Source: Eledone cirrhosa (taxonomy: Eukaryota). Taken from it: a stretch of DNA of 64,000 bases. The position numbers and the translations under genes are program-made. This document shows, piece by piece, positions 39,401 through 53,641 of this stretch (within the stretch, counting starts at the first letter, position 1; every line of letters begins with the position of its first letter). The notes beneath the pieces were generated by a model. It was not told the DNA's origin. It searched no databases and saw nothing but the letters and a program-made list of their open reading frames with translations. The stretch spans positions 115,940,001 to 116,004,000 of the forward strand of contig OZ024740.1 of assembly GCA_964016885.1 (NCBI GenBank), given 5' to 3'.

Positions 39401-41556
39401 CTACCATTAGTCCACGTCCACAGTGGCACAGTCGGAAAATCTAGTCGATATCTATCGGCCAGGTCAAATCGGCCGATTAACTGTTTGAAGCTGTTACACC
39501 CCCCTCTATCGAGACATGCTCCCACATAGTCCCAACGTGCATCTAGGATTCCATTCCAGCCCCCCCCCCACTAACAGCAGGGAGCCGGACATTCCCAGAA
39601 AAGACTCTAGACGTTTGAAGAAGTCTGGCCGCGGTGTCCCGGATGGGGCATATGCGGCCACCAGCCTGAAGGCTCCGCCTTCACTACCGTCAACGTCTAG
39701 GACCACCAGTCGACCCTCCGGGTCCAGATGTACTGTCTGTGTTACGAGGTCCAGGTGTTTCCGCAGCAAAACGGCAACTCCATCCCCACCTCCCGGCTGA
39801 CAGAGAGATGCGTAGATCTCAAAGTCGTCGAAGATGGGGGCCAGTTGTCGCTCGCTGTGGATCATGTACTCGCAAATGGCTACTACATCCATACTGTGCG
39901 ACCTGAGGTCGTTTAAGTGTTTGCCCTGTTTCCAGGGCATCCCCAGGCCGCGTACATTCACACATCCATGTTGGTGCTGAAAAGTTAAAAGAAGAGGAAA
40001 AGAAATCACTCACTTCTTCGTCTCCTGGGGACCAGGCTGCACAATTTACATGGAGGGGTTGTTTTGTGGGGGTAGGCGGCCTTCATGTTACCACTGTTTA
40101 AGCAGTGGTCACCTGAGGGCTTCCTGTCCTCAATTAACTGCATTAAAAAAAGGCACTACTGCCGACACCCAACACAACAACACAACCACCACCACCACTA
40201 CAACAACAACAACAACAACAACACACAAAAACAAACCAAACTGCAAACACCTCTAGCGGGGTTGGGGACGGAGATGTCTGGTGGGGAGGGGGTGTCAGGT
40301 GGGGTGGGGTGGGGGTGGGTAAACATTTCAAAAGGACGCGGTTATAGGGTTTGACGCAGGGGTTACCTACGTCGTTAGGAAATTTTTCTTTTAACTGTTT
40401 ATGTGTGTCCATGGAGATCCTAATCATTTTAAGATTAGGATTCTCCGAAGAGTGTGTAAAAGTTTTATGTCTTTTCTTTTTTCTTTTTACTGCTCGGAAA
40501 GGCTCTCCCTCATCGTCACTGGGTGACGATGATGAGGCCTCATCCGTGTTGTTGGGGAGGGGTACATTTTGAGGAGCTGTTATGTGTGTGAGTGTGTCTG
40601 GAGTTGTTTTAGGTGGGGAGGGGTTGGGTGGGACTGTGTTTGCAGTTTGGTTTGTTTTTGTGTGTTGTTGTTGTTGTGGTGGTGGTGGTGGTTGTGTTGT
40701 TGTGTTGGGTGTCGGCAGTAGTGCCTTTTTTTGAATGCAGTTAATTGAGGACAGGAAGCCCTCAGGTGACCACTGCTTAAACAGTGGTAACATGAAGGCC
40801 GCCTACCCCCAACAGAAATGTTTATGTAGGAATTTCCATCCAGAGGCATACGTTGTGGTATTCTAGCTATCCGTTCTGGTCTCATTTGGACCAGAACTTC
40901 TAAGCTTGTACCGTTGAATATGCCCCTGGAGGACTTTCCTACCGAAATTACTGTATCTTCATCAACATTGATGAAACCAGCTAATATCCACATTTGGTGT
41001 GATATTTGTTACATTTATTTTTTGGGTCCTTTTTCCCATGTATGTGGGGAAAAAGGTGTAGAGGGGGGACACAATTGGCGACACCGAATATTTCTGTGCC
41101 GTCAGTTGGTCTTTCATTATTATTGATAAACTCCCGAAGAGTTTTCCCTTCTGTATGCAGGTAATGTCCTTCATGGAGTTTCTTAGAACCAGCTCAATTT
41201 CGTTTTGAGTTAATTGAGATGGTTTTCTGGTGGTATTTGAGATTGTCCTAAAAACTATGGTTTTCAGGACAGTGTCTCTACGCAATTCTTGGGGAGAAGT
41301 GATGCTAAAAGCGCACTTCTCCCCAAAAGTTATATATTGCTTGGCATCTCTTAGCAATTCTCCGGCAATAGAGATGTCAATCTGTGTATATAGTTCTGTC
41401 TTTTGGACAGTTTGTGGAAACGAAACCTTTTTCTTTGTTTGTGGAGTTGTTCTTGTTGGTGTTGTTGTCATTATTGTTGCTGCTGTTGGTGTTGTTGTCA
41501 TCATTGTTGCTATTGTTGTTGTTGTCATTGTTGTCGGTGTTGTTGTTGTTGTTTTT
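36429..41556 (-). mobile_element. L1/Tx1-clade LINE copy B (related subfamily): ORF1, APE and RT, heavily frameshifted
   Basis: GCVNVRGL, VVAICE, GRLVVLDV, AYAPS, SYLDRVLV, YSDH (APE); RT motifs; ORF1 CYHCLSSGHLRASC; GATA repeats at both ends. Confidence 0.92.
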
Positions 41557-41623
41557 ATAGATAGATAGATAGATAAATAAATAGGGGTCAGTTAGAAATA
41601 TATATATATATATATATATATAT

Positions 41624-41665
<42 letters not shown>

Positions 41666-42344
41666 GGGAGGGGGGTAGAGAGTACGTGAGAGAAGGGCGC
41701 AGTATTAAATAGACAGACCGAAGTAAACTCTCGAGAACCACACAACTTCCATTCATATAATAATTCTGTATTAGTTACGTAGTCAAGATAACGTTATTAT
41801 CACATTGTATTATGTAGGTGTGATGAATTGACAGCCACTGGTGGTGATGGTAGGAGGAGGAGGAAAGGAATGATGAGTGGGAGGTGGTGTAGGAGGAAGA
41901 TGAGGAGGTGGGGTAGGGTGAAAAGGCGGCCATTGTAATTGTGTTTATATATTTACAAGGGTTTCTATGATTAATTGCCGTTTTTTGTTTAATTTCTAAG
42001 GCGTTCGGTTGCTGGGAGTTTTTCCGTTTTCTGCTTCATTGTGTTATGTTCGGTAGTGCGAGACAACATTGTAGAATGGGCCCCCTATCTTTCTCATTCT
42101 CACATAATCTTTCCCCCTATTTATCTCTGAATGTATATATATGTACACACACATATATATACATATATACATATATGTATATATATATATACATACATAC
42201 AGCCACATCCAAGGACACACACTTGCATATATTTACTTAGACACACCAATACGTTTACATATATGTGTATGTATATGTATATTTATGTATGTACACATAT
42301 ATATATATATGTACGTACATAAATATATATAAATAAATAAATAA

Positions 42345-42393
<49 letters not shown>

Positions 42394-43019
42394 CATATAT
42401 ATATATACGTATATAATCGAAGTGTGTATGGTTTTTATCCTGTCACAGATGGTATGTAAAGTCTGATGTTACGAGGTCACGGCATTAAAACTCTCAGCAA
42501 AATAACCTCCCAAGACGTAACAAGTCTCAATACAGTCATACTGTGGTACAATTCCATGCTCTACCAAGTGGTAGCACTGTATGTTTGGACGAATGTTGTG
42601 TTGTTCTGTTTTCAAAATCACATGTAAGCGCACTAATGCTACCTACGCAGAAAGGAAATCTTTTGTTATCTTCAACTCGCTAATTCAAATCTACCTTCCC
42701 CGCGAAGTAATCTTATTCGGTCATGATTGCTTCATCATCGAGGCACAAGCCTGAGTAAAATGTTATTTAGAAGAACACCAGTTACCCATGTCTGTTAATC
42801 TCCTTTCTCCACGCCACGGATGTTATCCAGTTATGTATATATAGACCCATAAGGCTAGATGGAGTCGTAGTGGCGCCATAGTAACATACAGCGTGTTGTG
42901 GGCAAACAAAACCTGGCGGAACTCAACCCTGTTCAGGTCTGCACACAGCTCATTCTTTTCACTGAAGGCGAGTGTGTGAAAAGAAAACGAATTGAGAAAG
43001 AGATATAAAAGAAGAATCG

Positions 43020-43160
43020 ACGCCAGTACTGGAGTGGTACTTTTTTACCGACCTCGAAAGGATGAAAGACAAAGCTGACCTCGGTTGAATTTGCACTCAG
43101 AACGCAGAGAGCCGGAACTAAAACCGCGGCGCATTCATTCTGACATTCAAACGGTTCACC
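43020..43160 (-). mobile_element. SINE family A copy (old)
   Basis: CGACCTCGAAAGGATGAAAGACAAAG..CTCAGAACG. Confidence 0.7.
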
Positions 43161-43299
43161 GTACGGTTCAATTCTCGCAGGGGATGCTGTTCACTTTTTA
43201 ACGCCCCAAGGGGTTATATCTCCAAATTTATACAACTATATTATAATTAATAAATATTGTAGTAGCCTTTGAATTAAAGCAAAATATATTCTTTCTCTC

Positions 43300-43336
<37 letters not shown>

Positions 43337-43524
43337 AAAATGGAACGGGAATAAAACAGAGAGGCAATATATATATATATAACCAAAAGTTAAACAAGGT
43401 TCATTGATTAATCAATGAATATAGTTTTACAATAGATTAGAAGCACTCAACAAGAAGGTTTTCTGGAGTTATTAATATCAATTCAAAATATTAATAAATA
43501 TAGACATTCAACATAATCAAAATA

Positions 43525-43590
43525 TATTTTATTATATATATTTCGGAGGTAGTTTGCTGTTTTTTCCGTACATCCTCATCAGATAAAATA
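43525..43590 (-). ncRNA. minimal type I hammerhead ribozyme
   Basis: rc: TATTTTAT-CTGATGA-GGA..TCC-GAAA-TATATA-TA-ATAAAATA. Confidence 0.75.
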
Positions 43591-43602
43591 TATAAATTTA
43601 TA

Positions 43603-43669
43603 TATTTTATCTGATGAAGACGTACTGAAAAAAACAGCACAGTACCTCCGAAATATATATAATAAAATA
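43603..43669 (+). ncRNA. minimal type I hammerhead ribozyme
   Basis: TATTTTAT-CTGATGA-AGAC GTACTG..CAGTAC CTCC-GAAA-TATATA-TA-ATAAAATA; 8-bp stem I; predicted cleavage after 43661. Confidence 0.7.
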
Positions 43670-43879
43670 TATTTTGATTACCTTGAATGTCTATATTTAT
43701 TAATATTTTGAATTAATATATATATATATATATGTGTAAATATAGAATAAAGACACCAGGATTTTTTCATTCTGATGAATGAAAGCAATTTTGGTTCCTT
43801 TCAAGAAAGCACTGGTAAATGAAATAATTATCTTATGTTGTTTATTACATAACTAATCAATATATATATATATAAATAG

Positions 43880-44560
43880 AAATAGTGGACAGCTTCCGTT
43901 ACCTGGGTGACAAAATCAGCAGTGGGGGAGGGTGCTCTGAAAGTACAGTAGCTAGAGTCAGAACTGGATGGAAAAAGTTCAGAGAGCTTATACCACTATT
44001 AGCCGCTAGAGGGTTCTCCCTAAAAATGAAAGGCAGGTTATACGATGCCTGCATACGAACAGCAATGCTGCATGGCAGTGAGACCTGGGCATTGTGTGCA
44101 GAGGATATACGCAGACTAGAGAGGAACGAAGCTTGCATGCTCCGCTGGATGTGCAATAGTAATATACGTGAACGGCAAAGCATAAACGAACTAAGGAAAA
44201 AATTAGAAATAAGAGGGATCAGATGTTGTTTACTCGAGAGAAGGCTACGTTGGTACGGTCACGTGATGCGCATGAAAGACGACAGCTGTATAACAAAGTG
44301 CAGGGCAATAAAGATAGACGGTAGCCACGGAGTAGGCAGACCCAGAAAAACATGGGACGAGCTGATAAATTCCGACCTCACACGCTTACACCTCTCCAAG
44401 ACAATGTCACTGGACCGAGACCTTTGGCGGTACTCAGTAATAGAGAAGACCCGCCTTACCTAAATACATAGTAAAAACCTACTATAGTCAGTAGGCATCT
44501 CTATCAACCCCCCCCCCGTCCCACCACCTCCACCCCATCCACACCGCCCCTTCCAATGTA
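43880..44560 (+). mobile_element. RTE-clade LINE 3' fragment (second family); ORF remnant 43885-44463
   Basis: FRYLGD..ARVRTGWKKF..MLHGSETW..MLRW..RLRWYGHVMR..GRPRKTW..DRDLWR. Confidence 0.9.
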
Positions 44561-44624
44561 AAGTTATGTTGGTCCCACAACATCCAGGCCGAAACAAATG
44601 AGATCGTGTAGGTGTCACGACAAA

Positions 44625-44972
44625 AAAACACACAGTCCACGCTGTAAATGTGGCCGTGTAGGCAACACGGTAAAAACCTCCCAGCCCCACACTGTAAATG
44701 TGGTTGGTGTTAGGAAGGGCATCCAGCTGTAGAAAACCCGCCAGACAGTCCACGCTGTAATGTGGCCGTGTAGGCAACACGGTAAAAACCTCCCAGCCCC
44801 ACACTGTAAATGTGGTTGGTGTTAGGAAGGGCATCCAACTGTAGAAAACCCGCCAGACAGTCCTATGCGAGCAAGACAACCACTCTTGCCTCAAGTGGGA
44901 AAACCCCCGTCCAAACCCATGCAAGCGTGGAACACGGACGCTAAACCTGATGATGATGATGATGATGATGAT
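44625..44972 (+). mobile_element. SINE 3' part with RTE-type tail and a ~118-bp internal tandem duplication
   Basis: TGGTGTTAGGAAGGGCATCCAGCTGTAGAAAAC twice; CCCATGCAAGCGTGGAACACGGACGCTAAAC(TGA)n. Confidence 0.75.
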
Positions 44973-45066
44973 AAAAGGAGAAACAAATGATGCATTTTTT
45001 AATATAAAGAACTTGTTCTTTGTGTTTATTTCATTGTTTTTATTAATTTATATATATATATATATA

Positions 45067-45120
<54 letters not shown>

Positions 45121-45151
45121 TATATATATATTAATATATATATATATATTA

Positions 45152-45274
<123 letters not shown>

Positions 45275-45330
45275 ATGTATATATGTATATATAAAAGAGA
45301 AGATGCATTATATATATATATATATATATA

Positions 45331-45440
45331 CAGGTAAAGTAAAATTCCGTTATAACGAATACCATTATAACGCATTTTTCAGTATAACGGAATTTTTTTC
45401 GATCCCCGAAGTATTAAGAAACAAACGGTCGATCTCGTTA
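45331..45440. mobile_element. pogo/Tigger-like MITE end fragment
   Basis: TA|CAG..AAATTCCGTTATAACG followed by repeated TATAACG subterminal motifs. Confidence 0.4.
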
Positions 45441-45552
45441 TGTGTGTGTGTGTGTGTGTGTGTGTGAGAGTCCCTAATTATTTCTTACGAATGAAACAGT
45501 TCTAGTCCTGTAGAAGCCATTTCTCTTTCTCGCTCTCTCACTCTCTCTCTCT

Positions 45553-45665
<113 letters not shown>

Positions 45666-45959
45666 GTGTGTATGTGTGTGTGTACGTGTCACACTCGTGT
45701 ATTGGGTTATATTTCTCGTTTGTACAACTATATCTACTTACGTGTTTGTATGTCTATGTTGGTGTGTTTATATGGTATAGTACAGAACAGAGTACAGTGT
45801 TATAAATTATTGTTATATAATATTGCATATAATAAATTGGGCCGGTTACATCATATAGAACCCACTAACAGAAACAGCTTACATTTAAACTGTGGCTGAC
45901 AGAGGTGAAGGTGATGGATGAGGCTGGTGCTACTGTTGTTCGTGGTGATGGCGGTTGGA

Positions 45960-46500
45960 GTGATAGTGTGTTCTTTTGATGGTGGAGGTGGTGGTGGTGA
46001 TAGCGTTGATGATGATGATGATGATGTAGGTTGTGTAATGGGGGTTAGTGGTGATGGTGGTTGTGGTGGTAGTGAGTTCTTTTGTTGGTGGAGGTGGTGA
46101 TGATAGCGTTGATGATGATCAAGATGATGATGATGTGGGTTGTGTAATGGGGGTTAGTGGTGATGGTGGTTGTGGTGGTAGTGAGTTCTTTTGTTGGTGG
46201 AGGTGGTGGTGATAGCGTTGATGATGATGATGATGATGTGGGTTGTGTAATGGGGGTTAGTGGTGATGGTGGTTGTGGTGGTAGTGAGTTCTTTTGTTGG
46301 TGGAGGTGGTGGTGATAGCGTTGATGATGATGATGATGAAATTGTGGGTTATGGTAACGGGGGTTATTGGTGATAGTGGTTGTGGTGATAGTGTGTTCTT
46401 TTGATGGTGGAGGTGGTGGTGATAGCGTTGATGATGATGATGATGTGGGTTGTGGTAATGGAGGTTAGTGTTGATGGCGCTTGGTGGTGGTGATGTTGGT
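45960..46500. repeat. ~105-bp tandem repeat built from (GGT)/(GAT) units, about 5 copies
   Basis: Recurring GATAGCGTTGATGATGAT..GGTTGTGTAATGGGGTTAGTGG..GAGTTCTTTTGTTGGTGGAGG. Confidence 0.9.
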
Positions 46501-46965
46501 GTTTGAGATTAAGGCTGGTGGAAGATAGTAACAGTTTTAGCAATAACTATTTCCTGCTTATATTTTTCTAATACACTTAACAGAAGTTTGTCTCTTCCAC
46601 GGTCGTTTGCTGCAATCAGAAAGCATCACAAGCAGACGTAATATGAGAAAAGCCTTTATCAAAATACATGCACTTTACAAACTGCTAGCGTTTGACACTA
46701 AAATAAAACAGTGACCTAACTTCCATTAAACACTTAGGTTGTTATACATAGAATACTATACATATAATATATATATATAAATAAACATATATGAGTGGCA
46801 AATAGACAGAGTCGTTAGGATGTCGGATAGAAAATTTTGTGGTATTCGTTCCGCCTGTCTGAGTTCTGAGTTCATATCTTTTCGAGGTCGATGAAAATGT
46901 ACCAATCCAGTACCGGTGACGATTATTCATCTGTATCAGTTTCTTATTTCCTCTCTATCTTTCTC

Positions 46966-48990
46966 GGAGAGAAGCGCAGACATGCGCAATCCCGACCAGA
47001 TCCATACACGACAACCTCCACCTCATGCGATACATCATAGAGAGGGTGGGGTGTAAACCCGGCTTCGGTGGGGCTCTGATCAACTTAGATCAGTCTAAGG
47101 CTTTTGATAGGGTTGACCATCGTTACCTGGATGCGGTGCTCGAGGCGGCAGGCTTCGGACCCGTGTTCAGGGGCTGGATTGCTGCAATGCATAGCAGCAA
47201 CATCTGCTCAAGGGTCAAGGTGAACGGCTACCTCTCGGAGCCATTCCATATCACGCGATCCATCCGACAGGGATGCCCTCTCTCCTCCCTTCTGTACGTA
47301 CTGACTCTCGAGCCACTACTGCGGAAGTTGGAGCTATTACAGGGCATCCCTTTGGAACCGGGACTGCGGAAAGCGGTGTCGACTTACGCCGACTACGTGA
47401 CAGTAATGGTGTCGAGCACCTCGCAAATCGGGGAGATCGGCACCTTACTGGAGATATACTTACACAGGAGCGAAGCTGAACCGGGACAAATCCGTCGGTT
47501 TCCAACTCGTAACGTGGAGAGGCAAACCGATGCCTTCCGATGACGTCGTCGGACGCTGGACGGAAGGACCGGTAAAGCTGCTCGGGGTCTGGTTTGGTCC
47601 GGACCTCCAGGTGGAGAAATACTGGAACGAGGTCACGGCCAAGGTATTTGCGCTCACCCAGAAGTGGGCAGAGTGAAAACTATCCTTGAAAGGTCGAGCA
47701 GAGTTGGCGAATACTTTTATAGCGTCCGTCATCTACTACCGCTTGACCGTCGTGCCTTATCCAGCCAAAACGCTCACCAAAATGGAGCGCGCGCTCTTCC
47801 AATTCCTTTGGAAGGAACGGGCTCCGTTGGTGAGAAGATCCATCTGCTGCCAACACCCTTCAAACGGAGGGCTGGGTTGCCGTGGCTGACGATGCGCAAA
47901 CACGCGCTCAGGCTGCGGAACCTCCACGTATTCCTCACCAGACAACCGGTGTGGGCCCCATTTGTGAGGCGAGCCTTCCCACGACTCGTCTCGTTGACCG
48001 AGCTGCAGACCTGGGTCAAGCAAAGACCGAGGAAAATGGGCGCCTGGCACATCGAATGTGCTCAGGCGCTCACAGTCCTCTGGCAAACGGATCGTCGAAC
48101 AGTGGAGACTCCACTTCGACATTCTATAGAGGGTTGGTCCGCAGCAAGTGCGACGACACGCTCGAAGAAACTCTAGATGTAGATGAGGACGAACTGGCCA
48201 GTCTGTTCGGTAGGACCTTCCGCCCGGGACCAATGGACAACTTCCAAATGTCCCTGACCTGGCAGTGCTACCGAGGAGCTCTACCAGTTCGAGACAAACT
48301 TTACAGAGACGGGCGCCCGGGTAGGGACCCTTCTAAAAAGATCTGTCCGAGATGCGTGCGCGACGAGGAAACCGTCGCACACGCATTCGTACACTGTCCA
48401 GGCGTTACCGACCTGTGGGGCTATGTAGAACGACTATTGTCGCGGGTGGGACCAATTCAGTTGACCACCGAGTTCATTGTCATGATCAAACAGCCACCCT
48501 CCTTCAAAAACGAGGGAGAGGCGGTTTTCCTATATGTTATGGCTATGGTGAAAGAGGTTATATGGTGGACGAGGTGAAAAGGGCTGAGGTCAGACACCTT
48601 TCCGCCGGAGTCTGATTCGTTTTTTCAAATATCATTTTGGAAGAAGAATCAGGATGGAAAGAGAGGTGCTGTACCCCAGCAAATTTTATAAAAGGTGGGT
48701 GAATGTGGCAAAGATGGCCCGAGTGGTTGGGCCTTCTCTCTATATAAGCCTGTAGGCTGAGGAAAAAGAGGAAGAGAGGAAGGGAGTACTCACTCTTGGT
48801 GCTCCTGGAGATGAGGGTTGTACATATTTTCGGGGTGTGTACAACCCCTGTGTAACACCTCCCCCCTATTGGGGATTTCAATTGTTATTTGTTATTGTAT
48901 TAATAGTTTTATTTTCATATACCTGTATGTAAACTCCCCATTTGTATTTGTTCCCTTCTTTTGTGCCCTTGTGGCTAATAAAGAAATTTA
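46966..48990 (+). mobile_element. L1/Tx1-clade LINE copy C, 5'-truncated
   Basis: LDQSKAFDRVDH, QGCPLS, TYADYV, CPRC..HAFVHC; 3'UTR nearly identical to copy B. Confidence 0.92.
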
Positions 48991-49164
48991 TCTTCCTCTC
49001 CCCCTTCTATGAAAGAGATCGGCAGTGATCAGATCTGTAAAGGGGATGGGCTCCGCTAGGTTTAAACTGCCCAAATCACGCCGTATGTCACTACGGCGCC
49101 ACTACATCTCCATCAGGTATGCGAGTCCATATATACCCATAACCCCCCCCCCACACACACATAT

Positions 49165-49481
49165 ATATATGTATGTAGGTATGTTCTTCTGGTTTTATAA
49201 TTTCACAAATGTTTGCCAACAGAGAGAGAGAGTCGGTTTCTAACATAGACACAAGACTCTCTCACTGGAATTTACACAACATCAACTAGGTAGATATGTC
49301 TGCATGTCTGCATGCATGCATGTGTAGGTATGGATGTTATTATATGTGTGGATGTATATGTTTTGAGTTGTATGTGTGCATGTGTATCTGTACATGTGTA
49401 TATGCAGTTATTAGATGCAAAATATTTGGAATGTTTTACATATTTTTACTGTTCCATTAATGAGTGTGTGTGTGTGTGTGT

Positions 49482-49541
<60 letters not shown>

Positions 49542-50907
49542 ATGGGTATATATGGATTCGCATACCTGATGGAGATGTAGTGGCGCCGTAGTCACATAGA
49601 GATTTCTCATTAGTTCTGCATAAATATTCTCCTTTTCGCTAATCTTTGATATTATATTGGCATTTGCTGGGCAGCTAACTTCCACTACTGTGCATGCCTT
49701 CCTTTCTCTGTCCCATATCATTATATCTGGTCTGTTATGCCTGCATTTTATTGAGGTTTTTACTGGAACATTCCACCAGTACTCTTTCATATTATGTATA
49801 TGTATGTCTTCCACATTACTGTAGCTTTTAATGTGTTTATTATCGGGGCTATCTTTCTACGGATTGCATTGTACAATATTTTGGCCACTACATCATGCTT
49901 CATAGGTAGATAGTAGCGCGATGACATCATTGGACAGCTGCTTATGACATGGGTGACATCTTCGATGTTAATTCTTCAGAGTCTGCACTTGTTATCACGT
50001 CTAGGTGTTTTGCTTGTATCCTTATCTCTTTTGTGAATCAGGTATTTCGTGCTGATTTCCTGTTCTTGGATTGCAAAAGCGTATCCTTCAAAGTGAGAGC
50101 CAATATAGCGGTTGTTGGTCCAAGATAGACTACTTTCTTTATCTATATTACTCTCACTCTGGAGCTCTTTCTGGCAACATATCCATGCATGAATTTTTGC
50201 TGATAAGCATGTAGTTTTTCATCCATGGATTCACTGCGATACTGCTGAGTGATCCCCTGGGTGTGAGTTTTTGATCATCACACAGTGAATATCTTTCGAT
50301 GAGTTCCTTCCAAACTCTCACGATCTTATCTATTTCATGCAGATAGACTTGCTCGAGAGACATGCTCCTGCGCTTCGAGGTTCGTAGATGTCGGAGGCAT
50401 ATGATGCGACATTCAAATGCTTTCTGGACTGATGTTAGGCCTCTGTCTCCCTGCTTACGTTTCAAGTAAAGGCGGTCTATGTCACTGTTGATGTGGAAGT
50501 TGCCGATGTTGTTTAGTATTTTTCGAGTTCTAACATCAATTGCTCGGATATCGTCTATCGTCCAACTGAGTACTCCAAACGTTGGTGTTAGGACAGGCAC
50601 AGCAAACACATTGTGAGCCACTGTTTTGTTTTGCGCAGAGAGTTTCGGCCCTTGCCATTCTGAGTTCAAATCCCGCCGAGGTTAACTTTGCCTTTCATCC
50701 TTAGGTAGTCGATAAAATAAAGTACCAGTAATACACTGGGTAATTGCTGGCCTTGTGCCAAAAGTAGAAACAATTATTTTCATAGTGATATTGGAAGAAT
50801 AAGTTCAGGCAGGCTGTATACATCTTATACATCAGGTTCTGGCATGCAATGTGTCGGTAGTTTTTTGCCAAGAGGGTGTCTTTGTTCTTGGGGACTAGTA
50901 ATGTTTG
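49165..50907 (-). mobile_element. R4/Dong copy 3 (SINE insertion and deletion at 50645-50785; inverted filler at 49463-49598)
   Basis: Reverse complement of the copy 1 RT C-terminus, CCHC, RLE and 3'UTR; 50785-50907 matches 26953-27075. Confidence 0.9.
50645..50776 (+). mobile_element. SINE family A copy nested in Dong copy 3
   Basis: GAGTTCAAATCCCGCCGAGG..GCCTTTCATCC..GTAGAAACAATTA. Confidence 0.85.
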
Positions 50908-50924
50908 TATATATGTGTGTATGT

Positions 50925-51370
50925 ATGTTCTTCTGGTTTTATAATTTCACAAATATTTACCAATAGAGAGAGAGAGTCGGTTTCTAACATAGACACAAGA
51001 CTCTCTCATTGGAATTTACACAACATCAACTAGGTAGATATGTATGTATGCATGCATGTGTAGATATGGATGTTATTGTATGTGTGGATGTGTATGTTTT
51101 GAGTTGTACTTGTGCATATGTATATGCTTTGTATCTGTACATGTGTATATGCAGTTATTAGATGCAAAATTCTTGGAATGTTTTATATATTTTTACTGTT
51201 CCATTAATGGATTGTACTTGTAATTTCCTAACTAGTTGCGTTCTTTCTGTTCCTGTGAAGCCCAGCTTCTCATGATTTGTATTGAGGCAGTTACTAACAT
51301 ATCCCAGTGCCCCAATAATCACAGGCATAAATCTGAAGGTGTAATCAGGGTGGAGTATCTGCAGATTTCT
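50925..51370 (-). mobile_element. R4/Dong copy 4 (short 3' fragment)
   Basis: Same 3'UTR; flanked by (TATG)n. Confidence 0.9.
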
Positions 51371-51402
<32 letters not shown>

Positions 51403-51457
51403 TGTATGTATGTATGTATGTATGTATGTATGTATGTATGTATGTATGTATGTATCC

Positions 51458-51533
<76 letters not shown>

Positions 51534-51805
51534 AAGATGCCTATACTCTACTAACGTATTGAGTGCTAATTATATGTAAATTAGTATTTACATTTCAGAA
51601 TAATACTATGAGCGCTTCTTTATGATCGATTGATGATATACACGTCTTCTGATAAGAATCCCATGAGATCCGAACATTGATGTTGCTTATCATTTTTTTC
51701 AAATTCGTGTTTTCTGAGACGTTTACATGTCAATAAACTAGAAATGTGTATATATTTATAGACGTTGGTGCAGTCTCGGTTACACACTCTATATATTTAC
51801 AGATA

Positions 51806-52486
<681 letters not shown>

Positions 52487-52492
52487 ACGAGT

Positions 52493-52528
<36 letters not shown>

Positions 52529-53083
52529 AAAAACTTATATTTAAGTATGTATGTGTTTACACACACACATATGTGTGTGTGTGTGTGCGTGTGTATGTGT
52601 GTGTGCATGTATGTGGGCGCGCGTTATTGTGTATATATATATATATATATGTATGTGTGTATTTATGCATGTATGTGTGTGCATGTGTGTGTGTGTGTAT
52701 GTGTGTGTGTGGGGGGTGGGTGGGTGCGCGCACGCGCATATGAGTGTGTTTCTATCACTCTTTATAGAAATACATGCACTTTACAAACTGCTAAACTTTG
52801 ACGCTAAAACCAAACATTGACCTAACTTCAATTAAACACTTAGTTTAAAATAAAGTCTTTTTTAGATAAATTGTTATGATCTAACTTTTTACTTTCTTTA
52901 CTTTTGTAATTCGTGTAAATACATAATGAGAGGGAAAATTGGAGTATTTTGCTGAACTAGTTGAATCAAACATAATGTTCACGACACACATTCACTTTCA
53001 GGCACGCGCACATACATATATGCATGTAATATGTAACCATACAATTACATAACATATATATGTAATGTACCCAACACACACAC

Positions 53084-53178
<95 letters not shown>

Positions 53179-53571
53179 TAACTATACATATATATATATA
53201 TAGAGAGAGAGAGAAAGACAAGATGGAGTAGAAGTTTAAGACCAGAAAGAAGAGGAGGCAAAAGAGAGGACAGATAATCATTAGGGACGTCACAGAATGC
53301 GTGACGAAAGAACTTCGATGAATAAATGAATAACGAACAATGAAAATAAAGTGAAAATCATATGATGCATGTGTTTCTTTTTATTGACAATACTGGCAAC
53401 TAGACCATCCCAAATATAACAATATATATATAAATAGGGATGCACAAAGCAGGTTTTGTTTAGAGACGGCTACGAATTTGAAAATTAGGTAGTAACATGT
53501 GCTTACGCCGTATTTGACGAAATAGAATTAGTGTGTTAGTTGGGATATTTTTAAAGAAACCCTCTGAATTT

Positions 53572-53639
<68 letters not shown>

Positions 53640-53641
<2 letters not shown>

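Noticed and set aside
53210-53340. Dispersed repeat (inverse copy at 60870-60987) as a hammerhead
   Set aside because: GTCAC/GTGAC-GAAA is present but core and stems I and III are not convincing; only a two-copy repeat.
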